Assembly (NCBI GenBank): GCA_024704765.1
Contig: JAKMXF010000137.1
Coordinates: forward strand, 1 to 32,960
DNA from: Oopsacas minuta
Taxonomy: Eukaryota > Animalia > Porifera
Length of the DNA: 32,960 bases
Direction: 5' to 3'
Shown here: piece after piece, positions 10,548-20,126 of the stretch
How positions within the stretch are numbered: position 1 is the first letter of the stretch
Layout of the letters: every line of letters begins with the position of its first letter
Program-made: the position numbers and the translations under genes
The notes under the pieces: generated by a model
The model's input: the letters and a program-made list of their open reading frames with translations, nothing else
The model's database searches: none
Told to the model about the DNA's origin: nothing

Positions 10548-10844
10548 GAAGGGGGAGCTGCATTTGTCAGAATTTCAATTGGCATTTGTCAGAATACTCG
10601 TAATTGTCACTGGTCAGAATCAATATTTTGGTTGACTGTCACTTGTTATCGTTGGATCTGGAGCAGGCTGTGAGTTGCTTAGAGTATTTAGAACTCACGT
10701 TGTATTTGGTTAGGACAAGTGACAGTCAACCAAATATTAATTCTGACAAGTTACAATCAACCAAAATATGATTCGGACAAGTGACAGTCACGAGTATTCT
10801 GATGAATGCCAACTGGAAATTCTGACAAATGCATGCACTTCTTC
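10548..10844. mobile_element. Foldback element with long, internally repetitive TIRs
   Basis: TGCATTTGTCAGAATTTC...GGTTGACTGTCACTTGT / ACAAGTGACAGTCAACC...GAAATTCTGACAAATGCA; 58-bp core at 10647-10704. Confidence 0.75.
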
Positions 10845-11160
10845 AAGAACTAGCCAACTTAATCATGACAATTTTTCGATATTTTGTACAAAATATATTT
10901 CTACTAATTCTTAAGTGAACTTTGGAATCAAAGCTCAATATTATTCGTTTTATAGATTTAGCATATTTCCACATATCATCCTATTAGGCGATAACATGAC
11001 GTATTTCGACCGGAAAATATTTTCTAGATGTGGGATGATTTATCATATGATATTTGTGAAACTTGCTGATAGCTTCAAAATATTTGTAATATGAGTTATT
11101 GTCTTCTAATCAATTCATATTTATCCCTGGTCCAGAAAATTGTAATTTCCAATCCTTATA

Positions 11161-11502
11161 CAGTAGATGCCGGAAATAAGAACACCGGTTATAAGAACCA
11201 CGACTTGAATTATGGAATCTTTTGTATTCTACTCCATGGAATTTTTACCGGTTATAAGAACATCATAATAGAAAACAGTTACTATATACCCCCATTTAAC
11301 TTATACCGGCTATAAGAACGTTCTCATTACCAGTATGTTTGTAGAATAGACATAATTAATAGTAGATATGAGAATACATTTCTTTAATATGGTTTCTACA
11401 TCCAAATGTTTTCAAATGAAATGTTATCATAACCGGCGTCATACCGGTTATAAGAACATTATGTACAGTTCCTGACGATGTTCTTATAACCAGCATCCAC
11501 TG
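11161..11502. mobile_element. Complete pogo/Tigger-like MITE, 342 bp, related to family A
   Basis: TA|CAGTAGATGCCGG..ATAAGAACA ... TGTTCTTATAACCAGCATCCACTG|TA, i.e. TIRs and a TA TSD. Confidence 0.85.
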
Positions 11503-11573
11503 TATTACGTAGTTCACGATTATAGCCTATAATAATATTCAAAGATTTTTTAGTATTTAACATTTGACTATTC

Positions 11574-11768
11574 ATGGATCAAAAGAGTAAATCATGTCTC
11601 TCATGCAGATTAATAGGAGTAGCAGGGCCTTATGGAGTAGCAGTATACTCTCTCTATGCTTACAGACGATCTAAACACTTATCAAATATCAGAGACGGTA
11701 GAATATTACTTGCTATAGCTTCTGGATTTTTCATGCTAGGAACTTATGCTTTGTTCAATAAAAAGTAG
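11574..11768 (+). CDS. DMAC1: DUF4536 / DMAC1-like small membrane protein (complex I distal membrane arm assembly), 64 aa
   Basis: CLSCRLIG motif followed by two hydrophobic helices (GVAVYSLYAY; ILLAIASGFFMLGTYALF). Confidence 0.75.
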   Translation: MDQKSKSCLSCRLIGVAGPYGVAVYSLYAYRRSKHLSNIRDGRILLAIASGFFMLGTYALFNKK

Positions 11769-12253
11769 CTCCCAATTACCTTAAGTTGATATTTGGTATA
11801 TAACTAGTCCTGGGGTATGGGAAACGGGAGGAGTAGGGCCGTAGCTGGGCTGGACCAGTAGCTACTCTGTACTATGCATACTTGCCAACTGTACAGCTTT
11901 TGGCGGGACGTCCCACCCTTTTGGAAATATGTTGAGGCTATGCTAATGTCCAGCTTTTGTAGTAAAGTATAATGTACTAAGTAATGTCCCTTTTGGGAGA
12001 CTACAATACAGTCACCTCCTGTTATAATGAATATTTTAAAATCTGAAATTGTACGAATATTGGTCCGTAGCAGATATTCAATCGGTTATATCGAACTCCG
12101 CTTATATGGAAGAAATTATCGCGGCACTTGAGCTTAGATCAGCGTGGACCATTGACCTATCACACAATTTGGAAGATAAATCATACTAATACAAAGTGAA
12201 CACACCCATGGATCATTCATCAATATCATAAAGGACGAATAACTTATAAAGCT

Positions 12254-12418
12254 CAGCTATACTATAGTACAGTTTTTGTGTATTAGCTTTTCTATGGTTG
12301 AGGAAGGCTCATATTTTCGGATTAATGAAAGTCACCTTTTAGGAATGAGGGTATGGGGTTTTTATATTACAAAGCTGTACTATACCATGGCTCAGTTATA
12401 TATAAGGAATCTCATATA
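12254..12418 (+). repeat. Interspersed repeat family E
   Basis: Direct repeat of 21698-21862. Confidence 0.75.
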
Positions 12419-12550
12419 AGAAATAGAAAATACACCTAATTCTCAATCGCTCATTTTCCATTGTATGTGCCGTCAGTCAGTCGATGTGTCAATCCCATAA
12501 CTCCATCGTCCATCTGGCTTAGATATGCCGTGAGGTGGCTGTACAAATAG

Positions 12551-12925
12551 CTACAACAATTTGAGATTTCCAATCAATCTTCTTAACCTAATCTCATCCC
12601 CAAACACCCCCAACACCGTACATGCTCCCGCTTCAACCTGTGTCCTCCCTGCGTCTCTAACCAGATAGCATGCTAGTCCCTCCTCTCCAGCATCTCTAAA
12701 CAAACTCATCAATTCTTCTGTTGTGTGGCATTGTAGCACTACTTTAGTTTGTCCTGCTAAATACCAAGAATTGCAGTGCCTACGTAGACTACTGTTATTA
12801 GTTATCTCAGTGTATAGAGATAGACAAGCATGAGCTACCTGAGCTGCTATCTTACCAGCTCCCATCCTCAGCTCTTTGTTAACTATAAAAGTCATTCTGT
12901 ATGTGCTAGCTGAAGTTATACCCAT
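12551..12925 (-). CDS. PTRH2: Peptidyl-tRNA hydrolase 2 (PTH2) family, 124 aa
   Basis: MTFIVNKELRMGAGKIAAQVAHA, W...GQTKVVL, VRDAGRTQV...TVLGVFG and GNLKLL; the catalytic His and the DAGRT motif are intact. Confidence 0.92.
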   Translation of the reverse strand: MGITSASTYRMTFIVNKELRMGAGKIAAQVAHACLSLYTEITNNSSLRRHCNSWYLAGQTKVVLQCHTTEELMSLFRDAGEEGLACYLVRDAGRTQVEAGACTVLGVFGDEIRLRRLIGNLKLL

Positions 12926-13138
12926 TACAGCTTTATCTACAGATAATTCTTAAAATATAGCTGTGAGATTATTTAATACGAGCCTTTGGCTCGACGCATT
13001 GCTTCTCGAGGTATCCATTATTTTCCAAATTGACGGTCCCTTTGAGTATATTTAGAACAATGTAATTCACAAATATACGTATATGGCATATATACAATTG
13101 AATTATTTGTAGATCAACCCCCTCAGTAGCCGTTGAGA

Positions 13139-13352
13139 GCAAACCTGTACATATATTATGAGATTTGGTTAATTTGTTTACTTTATAGTCATAAAAACAA
13201 TGAAAATCTGATTCATCATGTTGGATATGTTTAGTGAAGTTTTATTGAATTCTATTTGCTTCATTGATAAACACGATAAATACATAGTTATGCGACAACT
13301 TGAAAATTGCATACCGTAAATCCTTTCCTTGACAACGGACAACCAACAATTG
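13139..13352 (+). repeat. Interspersed repeat family F
   Basis: Matches 29331-29465 and, in parts, about 27196-27367. Confidence 0.75.
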
Positions 13353-13489
13353 AGATATAATACCTTACTATAGGAAATTAACGCGATTGAGAAGGAGAAC
13401 ATTTGTATATTCACTACTTTATGCGAATAAATATTGAGAAATTATTCAATTTTCTAAATATAAAAAGAAATAATTCCTAAACAAATAAT

Positions 13490-13815
13490 ATGTCCTTGTA
13501 AGGGTCTAGATCTCGGAACTCCATATCTCCCTTTCTGGAATTCGTGACTGCTGAAGCAATCACTGAATATGACCAATCAGCTTTGATAATTTCTATCCCT
13601 TTCTCCAAGTTGAAGAAAAGTGAAAAGTTCACCCATCAATCTGCCATGTTTCGGCTTCAATGTTAATAGTTTGAAGTCAACATCGATGGTAGTAATGTCT
13701 CTACCAGGCTCCTGAAGCATGGCAGCAGTAATCGTTTCGGTAAAGTAATTACTGAATGCCTTCTTCTCAAAATGTTTAAAAGACCTATTTGTTGAGAGGT
13801 CCAGGGCAAGCGAAA
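13490..13815 (-). mobile_element. Relic of the C-terminus of a pogo-family (DDE_1) transposase
   Basis: LDLSTNRSFKHFEKKAFSNYFTETI...IDVDFKLLTLKPKHGRLM, a frameshift, then KGIEIIKADW...DLDPY. This resembles the pogo-like pattern LDLxVN..K..F..WY...VDL.LS.LKP.HA.W...G...I..GW...LDPF. Confidence 0.7.
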
Positions 13816-13859
13816 ACCTTCTCCTTTAAGATGTTTAGTGCTTCTGCCTGCTCCATCGG

Positions 13860-14197
13860 ACTGTAATAAAATTGGTATTTCCAAACCACCTTGCAAAAGC
13901 GGAGAACTTCTAGGCTTCACACAAGATATTATTCCCGAAATACAAACTCCATTTTTTAGTGCGTACTATAAATAACGACTGATCTCTCTTGGAATATGCC
14001 GAACTGTCGTTATAGACAACTTCCCGAGTAATTTTGTTTGTCCGGCCACTGCGAAATTATTATAAATATTAGTATTCTTCTGTTTGAGAAATAATGTCTT
14101 GTCCCAAAATAGGTTATCAGTCCGCTTGATAGACATGGCATCCTCTCAAACCAGTCACGCATCGGAAAACTTGTAAATTGGGAGTTTGCCCATCCAT
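13860..14197 (-). pseudogene. Relic of a HIRAN-like domain ORF (transposon-associated type)
   Basis: LRGCHVYQAD**PILGQ, a frameshift, then NIYNNFAVA...VRHIPREISRYL*YALKNG...PRSSPLLQGGLEIP. This matches the RGxHVY...NxxDxxAVA...GHxPRExS...QGGLEIP pattern. Confidence 0.65.
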
Positions 14198-14286
14198 TGT
14201 ATAAATTTGCTAAATAGTATAAATAGCAGGAAATTAACGCGAATTGGAGTTAGTGTTGATTTCCTATAATAAGGTAATATTGATAT

Positions 14287-14608
14287 CAGAGATCGAACCG
14301 GTCGGGTCGGGTCGGCTACCGGTCGAAGATCTCGACCGGCCGTTCATGATTTCTGAATATAGTAAATCTGAATTTGATACTGTAATCATATTGACCAAAA
14401 ACTTCAACTTAGTAGTTTGATTAAACTAGAGCAAAAGAGATTTTCTACTTTCTGCTATATCCACAAAATATTCAACATATTCTCGCCGTGTGCCACTTGT
14501 GTCACAAGTGGCAAGGTGTTCCAATACTTTTGGCCAGGCAGTGTATAGTCAAAGTTACCAGTCGACCGGTCGGGTCGGGTCATGAAAAGCTGACCGGTTC
14601 CATCTCTG
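14287..14608. mobile_element. Non-autonomous hAT element, 322 bp
   Basis: TIR CAGAGATCGAACCGGTC / GACCGGTTCCATCTCTG; 8-bp TSD ATTGATAT / ATAGATAT; subterminal GGTCG repeats. Confidence 0.85.
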
Positions 14609-14729
14609 ATAGATATACACATTTGTAAATAATTCTTAATGAATTCAGTAATTTTCTGTATTATTATATAATTATTAGTTATCAGTTAGTGTTTACATTT
14701 TATGTTCTATAAGCACAGAGAATTTTATA

Positions 14730-14911
14730 CAGTGGAACCCGCATAATCCGACACCTCTGTAACTCCGGAATTTAGCTAAACCGACATTATTTCTTTTCAC
14801 GGATAGTTTTGTATAGAAAACAACCTCAATAACCCGGAACCTCGCTACTCCGTAATCCGACAATTTAATGATGATCAAGTAATATAAATTCGGTCTCTAT
14901 AAACCGACGAT
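14730..14911 (+). mobile_element. pogo/Tigger-like MITE end, truncated at an N
   Basis: TA|CAGTGGAACCCGCATAATCCG with CCG-rich subterminal motifs. Confidence 0.65.
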
Positions 14912-14912
14912 N

Positions 14913-15035
14913 TTCCTGTGGAGTACTGGTTTATTATATTATTTTCCCTGTGGAGTACTGGTTTATTATATTATTTTCCTGTGGAGTACTGGTTTATTAT
15001 ATTATTTTCCCTGTGGAGTACTGGTTTATTATATT
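14913..15035. repeat. Minisatellite, 4 units of 31-32 bp
   Basis: CCTGTGGAGTACTGG starts at 14915, 14947, 14978 and 15010; there are no spacers. Confidence 0.9.
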
Positions 15036-16089
15036 CTTTCGTATTATATTTTCTACACTCAATGCTAATTTTCCACGACCAATTAGCAATTACTATATTT
15101 TTATAACATTCCTTTCCTTACGTAGTGTTTCTTTTGTTTCATTTATAGAATGCCTTCCGTAAAACTATGGCAAAAAGCAGAAACTTTGCCGCAATTAGAT
15201 AGTTTTCAGCCGATAAAACAGGCCATAAGGCCGACCAAATGTGACCCATAACTTGGCTTAGGTGGAATACTGTTAATTATTGGCACAAGTTGTGTTTATG
15301 AGCTCAACAACAAACTTTCCAAACACCAACACAAAGAAGTATAAGACTATAAACAACAAAAGAATCACCTCTCTATAAAGTCACATAATATTTCACTTTA
15401 ACAAACATTCGTATTACGATATAGAGTAAGAGTTGTTAGAGAAAAGATTACCTCAACCCATGGCTTACTATATACACGGCTAGTTAAGCTAAGAATAGAC
15501 AAAATCATTCCCAAGCAATTGATTATATTCTGTTTGAGTATGAAGAATTGCAGTTATCATTACAAATTCAACTGTAAATAGGTTCTTTTCACAATCATAA
15601 AACACATTTCGAAATCCTTATTCTACTTTTTACTACCCGTACAACCCCATGCTCAACCTAGTCCATACTGATTATACAGCATTCCAATGTCAATATGTGT
15701 TGTCATGTTACTTATCATTATTGTTTACTTGTTTACATATACAGTAGAATCTGTTTAGCGCCAAAAACAATTATCTAACAAGTTATAACATTGTCCCGAA
15801 TTAGTTGATTATTCAATTCTCCACAAATTGAAAGTAATAGCTAATACAGCATAGCAACTAATTCTATACAAGGAATGTGAGTAGTTATAACTGGAACTAA
15901 TTTACAAGTTGAAAGCTATCTGATCTAACACACCCGTAATTCTGTGAGACAATAGTCTCGTGGTAGAGTTCAAGGAAATTGGATTAGTTGTAACTTTCTA
16001 TTTCACCACTTGACACCTGAATAATTAACCTACAAACTTGTATAAATCAGTCTGTAAATGAGAATAATCATAAACAGAACAACAAACAA

Positions 16090-17253
16090 ATGGCCACCAA
16101 ATACCCAGATGAAATTCCTACCAACAATTTCGAAATAGCTGAACAACAGATCCACTCCACGTTCGAGAAGATAATTATAATTGCGACAAAGAGGAGAGAT
16201 CAACTGCTTGTCCAGCTGTTCGATATTAAGCAGGACAATCTGAGGAAGGAGATTACAAGAAAGAAACAAGTAGCAGACCTGGAGAATCTAATCCAACAAT
16301 TAATGGAAACTAGCATTCAGCAGAACCAATTATTAAAGTTTCAAAATGACCAGATGAGGCAAACAAGAGCTGAAATACAGAAACACGGAAAAGAAACAAT
16401 TATCCCAATCACTTCCCTCAATACTGAGGGTCTTGACTCTCTCATAGAACAGCTTGAGAAGTTGGGGTCTATTCAGGATATGGCTGTACCCTACAGAAAA
16501 AAGACCGAGCCGATCAGAAGGATTGGGGGTAAGGGCAGTAAGAAAGGAGAGCTGTATTTCCCTCATGGACTAACTCTAGACGGAGATAAGATCTATATAG
16601 CAGATACATTCAATAGTAGAATACAGATCTTCTCTACAGAGGGTAAGTTCATTCATGAATTTGGTAAGGGGCAGCTAAAGGCTCCACACGGTATAGCATT
16701 ACATAATGAATGGGTGTTTGTAAGTGATTTGGTAATTGGTACTGTATTTAAATTCTCTAAAACAATAAACAAATTATTAAACAGTGTTAAGGCAGGTATC
16801 AGTCACCCTCATGGTCTAACAACTGACACAAACGGAGAAGTGTTAGTTGCAGATTCTAATAATAGAATTGCAGTATTCAGCTCTGATTTACGACATATTA
16901 GAGAAATAGGAAAAGACAAACTCAAATCCCCGACAGACGTCAAAATCAATAATAATAAGATATTTGTAGCAGACAAAAATAGGACTAAAAATATTCACAT
17001 ATTCTCTAAATCTGGTGATTTGTTGAAAAGTTTCATAAAATTCGAAAATGGAGAAGGAATTATGTTTATGTGTTTTGATTTGTATAATAATATTTTAATT
17101 AGCGATTTTTTGGGAAATTCAATTAATATATTTACTAAAGATGGACAGCTGATACACAAAATTAAATGTAATGATCCTACAGGAATAGTTGTTAATAATA
17201 ACTTTGATATTATTTGTGCTAGTTGGTGTGATCATGTAATAAATATATATTAA
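16090..17253 (+). CDS. Coiled-coil + six-bladed NHL beta-propeller protein (TRIM-NHL-like, no RING or B-box), intronless, 387 aa
   Basis: N-terminal helical/coiled-coil region, then NHL repeats, e.g. GELYFPHGLTLDGDKIYIADTFNSRIQIF, LKAPHGIAL, SHPHGLTTDTNGEVLVADSNNRIAVF, LKSPTDVKI. Confidence 0.9.
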   Translation: MATKYPDEIPTNNFEIAEQQIHSTFEKIIIIATKRRDQLLVQLFDIKQDNLRKEITRKKQVADLENLIQQLMETSIQQNQLLKFQNDQMRQTRAEIQKHGKETIIPITSLNTEGLDSLIEQLEKLGSIQDMAVPYRKKTEPIRRIGGKGSKKGELYFPHGLTLDGDKIYIADTFNSRIQIFSTEGKFIHEFGKGQLKAPHGIALHNEWVFVSDLVIGTVFKFSKTINKLLNSVKAGISHPHGLTTDTNGEVLVADSNNRIAVFSSDLRHIREIGKDKLKSPTDVKINNNKIFVADKNRTKNIHIFSKSGDLLKSFIKFENGEGIMFMCFDLYNNILISDFLGNSINIFTKDGQLIHKIKCNDPTGIVVNNNFDIICASWCDHVINIY

Positions 17254-17624
17254 TTTCCTGCATTTACTTGTTCGTTTATTATTATTAAATATTGCTCCCA
17301 CTTTATCACATTTTATTTATAAGAATCTTAATGAAGGTGTCAACCAACAATTTTTCCTATGAAAATCACTTAGGACTGTTTTACATTACGTCACACAATT
17401 TCTGAAATTATACCTGTTTCCTGCGTTTTCACTGGTGGACCCAATCCTGTCATCTGTGGACCGTCAATGGGTACATTGAACAGGTGATGTAACGTCTGAA
17501 CAGCCCATTAGGAATTGACAAAATTCACACCTGCCACTAGTTGTTAATCTTCTCTACTGGTCTGATAAATACATCACATAATTACTATTCATAATTACAA
17601 CAATTAGACAACCCAACAACTCAA

Positions 17625-18128
17625 ATGCTTTGCTACTTAATTCTACTAATAATAATCCAAGTATAGTATATTCACACGTCATCTTACGAGGATACATTTA
17701 ACTCAATTTTCAATTGGGAGCCTTACTCCCCTTCATTTGAGATTCCCAATCCATTACCGGAACATGTTATGATATTATTTTACGGGGAAAAGTGTTTTGC
17801 AAGCAGTCGGTTCGAAAAAGAGCTAATCACCTCTCCAGAGCTCACTGGGCTCAGTCAGGAATTCACTATGTTTAAAATAGAGAGGGAATATAGAGAGGGA
17901 ATATGACCCTGCTATAGGGAGGTACAGAAAAATGGTGTATACTACCCTAGGGTATATTTCTTAAGTACCACGGGAGCTCTCGTTCAGGGTGTGAACGGTC
18001 CTGACCCAGAGTACAAGTTCTGTTTTGCTACAGCTGATGAATTGCTAAATGCGATGAAAACTGTTTTAGAATTAAACAAACAACAACAACAACAAGATTT
18101 ATTCGATGTATTTCAGGAAGAATTTTAG
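17625..18128 (+). pseudogene. TXNDC12: TXNDC12 (ERp18)/AGR-like ER thioredoxin-fold pseudogene
   Basis: One frame reads MLCYLILLIIIQV*YIHTSS...FNSIFNW...VMILFYGEKCFAS...ELTGLSQEFTMFKIE...GI*...NGVYYPRVYFLSTTG...DPEYKFCFATADELLNAMKTV...FQEEF*. This parallels TXNDC12 (FGDHIHW; ELSHNFVMVNLE; DGGYIPRILFLDPSG; PSYKYFY). Lesions: TAG 17664-66, a 13-bp tandem duplication, TGA 17904-06. Confidence 0.8.
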
Positions 18129-18332
18129 TAATTTTACTTTTCATCATTTATCACATTATTAACTCAAATTTCTCATAAACTAGTAATCACCATGACAACC
18201 AAAAGAATGTTAAAGTTACATCATAACTCATAAGTACTCTACTATCTGTATAGTTAATTAATAGAACAATTGTCTACTATATGAATTGTATTCATAGATT
18301 CCTTAGTTACATATTAGTGTAGTTGGAATTCA

Positions 18333-19697
18333 ATGCCACCAAAATTAGATCCCACTGAAGTTAAGATTAGTAAGTTATTACATAAGAACTTCGAATAGTA
18401 GCTTGGAGTGATTATTCATTTAGCACCCTTGTACGGGACATAATATATACTCACATACTATGAATCATAGCATTCCCTACATGAATATATTCACCACCTC
18501 CCTTGGCGTGCTTCTGTGACGTGTTATGTCCCAGTTTCTATGGTTACCTCGTTGATATTTGGCTACACCCTTAGCGAGGGAGGGTATCATCGAATCGAGC
18601 TACTATTTGAGTTATTATTTGCTATAGTTCTTATTTGATTTGTGGTGTTGTTTAGTATACGTCAAAACTGTTGGAGGGGAATCCGGGAACTCTGCTAACC
18701 TGCAGTGTTTGTCAGAAAAGACCACCCCCGGTAAAAACCACTTATGACGATAGCCACCATATGTGACTTTATTCCTGGCCCATTTCTAACATGTAAGAGA
18801 CTGATTTCTAAAGAGATTTTACTCTTGTATTACCTCTTGTTGTTGAAATTTCGGACTATAACCCTTTCATACTGGGTTCCTAATGTTAGACAGAAGTTTG
18901 TGGAATATCAACTTAATGAACTGACAGGTTTGTTTAGGTAAGATATTATGAAAGAGAATATCAATAATCACAGTTATCATCAATGATCAATTATCATACC
19001 TAATCAGCTGAAAGAGGCAGTAAGGACCGGTTTTTTCCGGAAAAACCGGTTTCTTCGACCTGCCCGGTATTTTCTAGAAAACGGCGGTTTTTTCGAACAC
19101 TGATACCCTGGCACCTAAAATTGGTCCTCTTGGATTGGTGAGTTCATACAATCTGTAGGTGTGAAATAGGATTGTCATTAATATCCCAATCCTACAGCGG
19201 AAATTCAAAACTCAGAATTTGTTAATTTTGGGTATAACGTGAATACCGTGATATTGGTAATACTATCATATTAATACTGTACCAATACTAGACCCCAAAG
19301 AAGCTAGGATAGGACATATCCAAATGCACACAAGCCTACAAAGGTCTACGTGTTACTGTCAAACTGACAATTCAGAACAGACATGCCCAGTTAGAGATCG
19401 AGCTGAGTGCTAGTACCTTGATTATTCATGCACTGAAGGAACCCACCAGAGATAGAAAGAAAGTAAAGAATAGTAAGTACACCCTCCTAAGTTACCGGGT
19501 AGGGTATTTGGAATGTGCAGTTATATGTCACTTTTATTACTTGTGACGCCACTTAATTGTGTCGCATATTATTTGTGCTATTTCTAGTTAGACATGTTGA
19601 TAACTTGATAGTAGACCAGATAAAGGAGATAGCTCATAGTCTGGAGTATAAGTCCGGGTATACGAGCTTCCAGGTGTTAGGTACTGCTCATTCAGTA
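18333..19697 (+). pseudogene. RPL12: Unprocessed 60S ribosomal protein L12 (uL11) pseudogene
   Basis: Exons 18333-18369 (MPPKLDPTEVKI), 18656-18702 + 19103-19137 (YVKTVGGESGNSA/TLAPKIGPLGL, split by an insertion), 19292-19472 (TPKKLG*DISKC...[14 protein letters not shown]...[14 protein letters not shown]) and 19588 to about 19697 (IRHVDN...VLGTAHSV). GT-AG sites and phases are consistent. TAG at 19310-12 and an internal deletion in exon 4. Confidence 0.92.
18703..19102. mobile_element. Non-autonomous hAT element inserted in RPL12 exon 2
   Basis: TIR CAGTGTT / AACACTG. The flanks CTAACCTG and ATACCCTG each differ by 1 nt from the reconstructed target CTACCCTG (8-bp TSD). Confidence 0.8.
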
Positions 19698-20040
19698 ACA
19701 ATTTCTGTAGTACTGAATGCAGAAATTCTTCAACAATTTCCTTAAGTATCGTATTTGTCTCTGACAGACATTTCCTTTAACTGTACTGCGAAACAGCGAT
19801 TCTAGTTATGGTTCCAAATGTTATTAATGAAATCGAGATATACATTCAGAATCACTTGTACAATGGTTTATTTTTCTAACAAGGAATTGCATAGTATATT
19901 CAACCTTAAGGAAGTTCTACTGTATCTGTGTATATACATAATGGGATTAAATTAATTGACACATACTTGTATATGAAATAACTAATTCAAACCCTAAAAA
20001 TAATTAGTAATATATAATCTCATTCATTCATTTTCACATG

Positions 20041-20110
20041 ACTTACATATGTATATACATACATACATGCATATGTATATATATATACACGTATATATCA
20101 CATACACACA
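20041..20110. repeat. (AT/AC)-rich low-complexity tract
   Basis: Direct reading of the sequence. Confidence 0.6.
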
Positions 20111-20126
20111 TGGTTAACATAATTAG

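Noticed and set aside
14913-15035. CRISPR-like array of about 32-bp repeats
   Set aside because: The units are head-to-tail with no unique spacers, no cas genes are present, and the context is eukaryotic.
17390-17543. Cystatin-like QLVAG motif on the minus strand
   Set aside because: It is a five-residue match flanked by stops, with no start codon and no convincing downstream cystatin similarity.
17661-17690. 30-nt GT-AG micro-intron that would remove the TAG
   Set aside because: It is implausibly short, would delete the likely signal-peptide cleavage region, and would not repair the downstream lesions.
17904-17906. In-frame TGA in a thioredoxin-fold gene read as selenocysteine
   Set aside because: It is not at the active site, it is created by the 13-bp duplication, there is also a TAG in the signal peptide, and I recognised no SECIS element.
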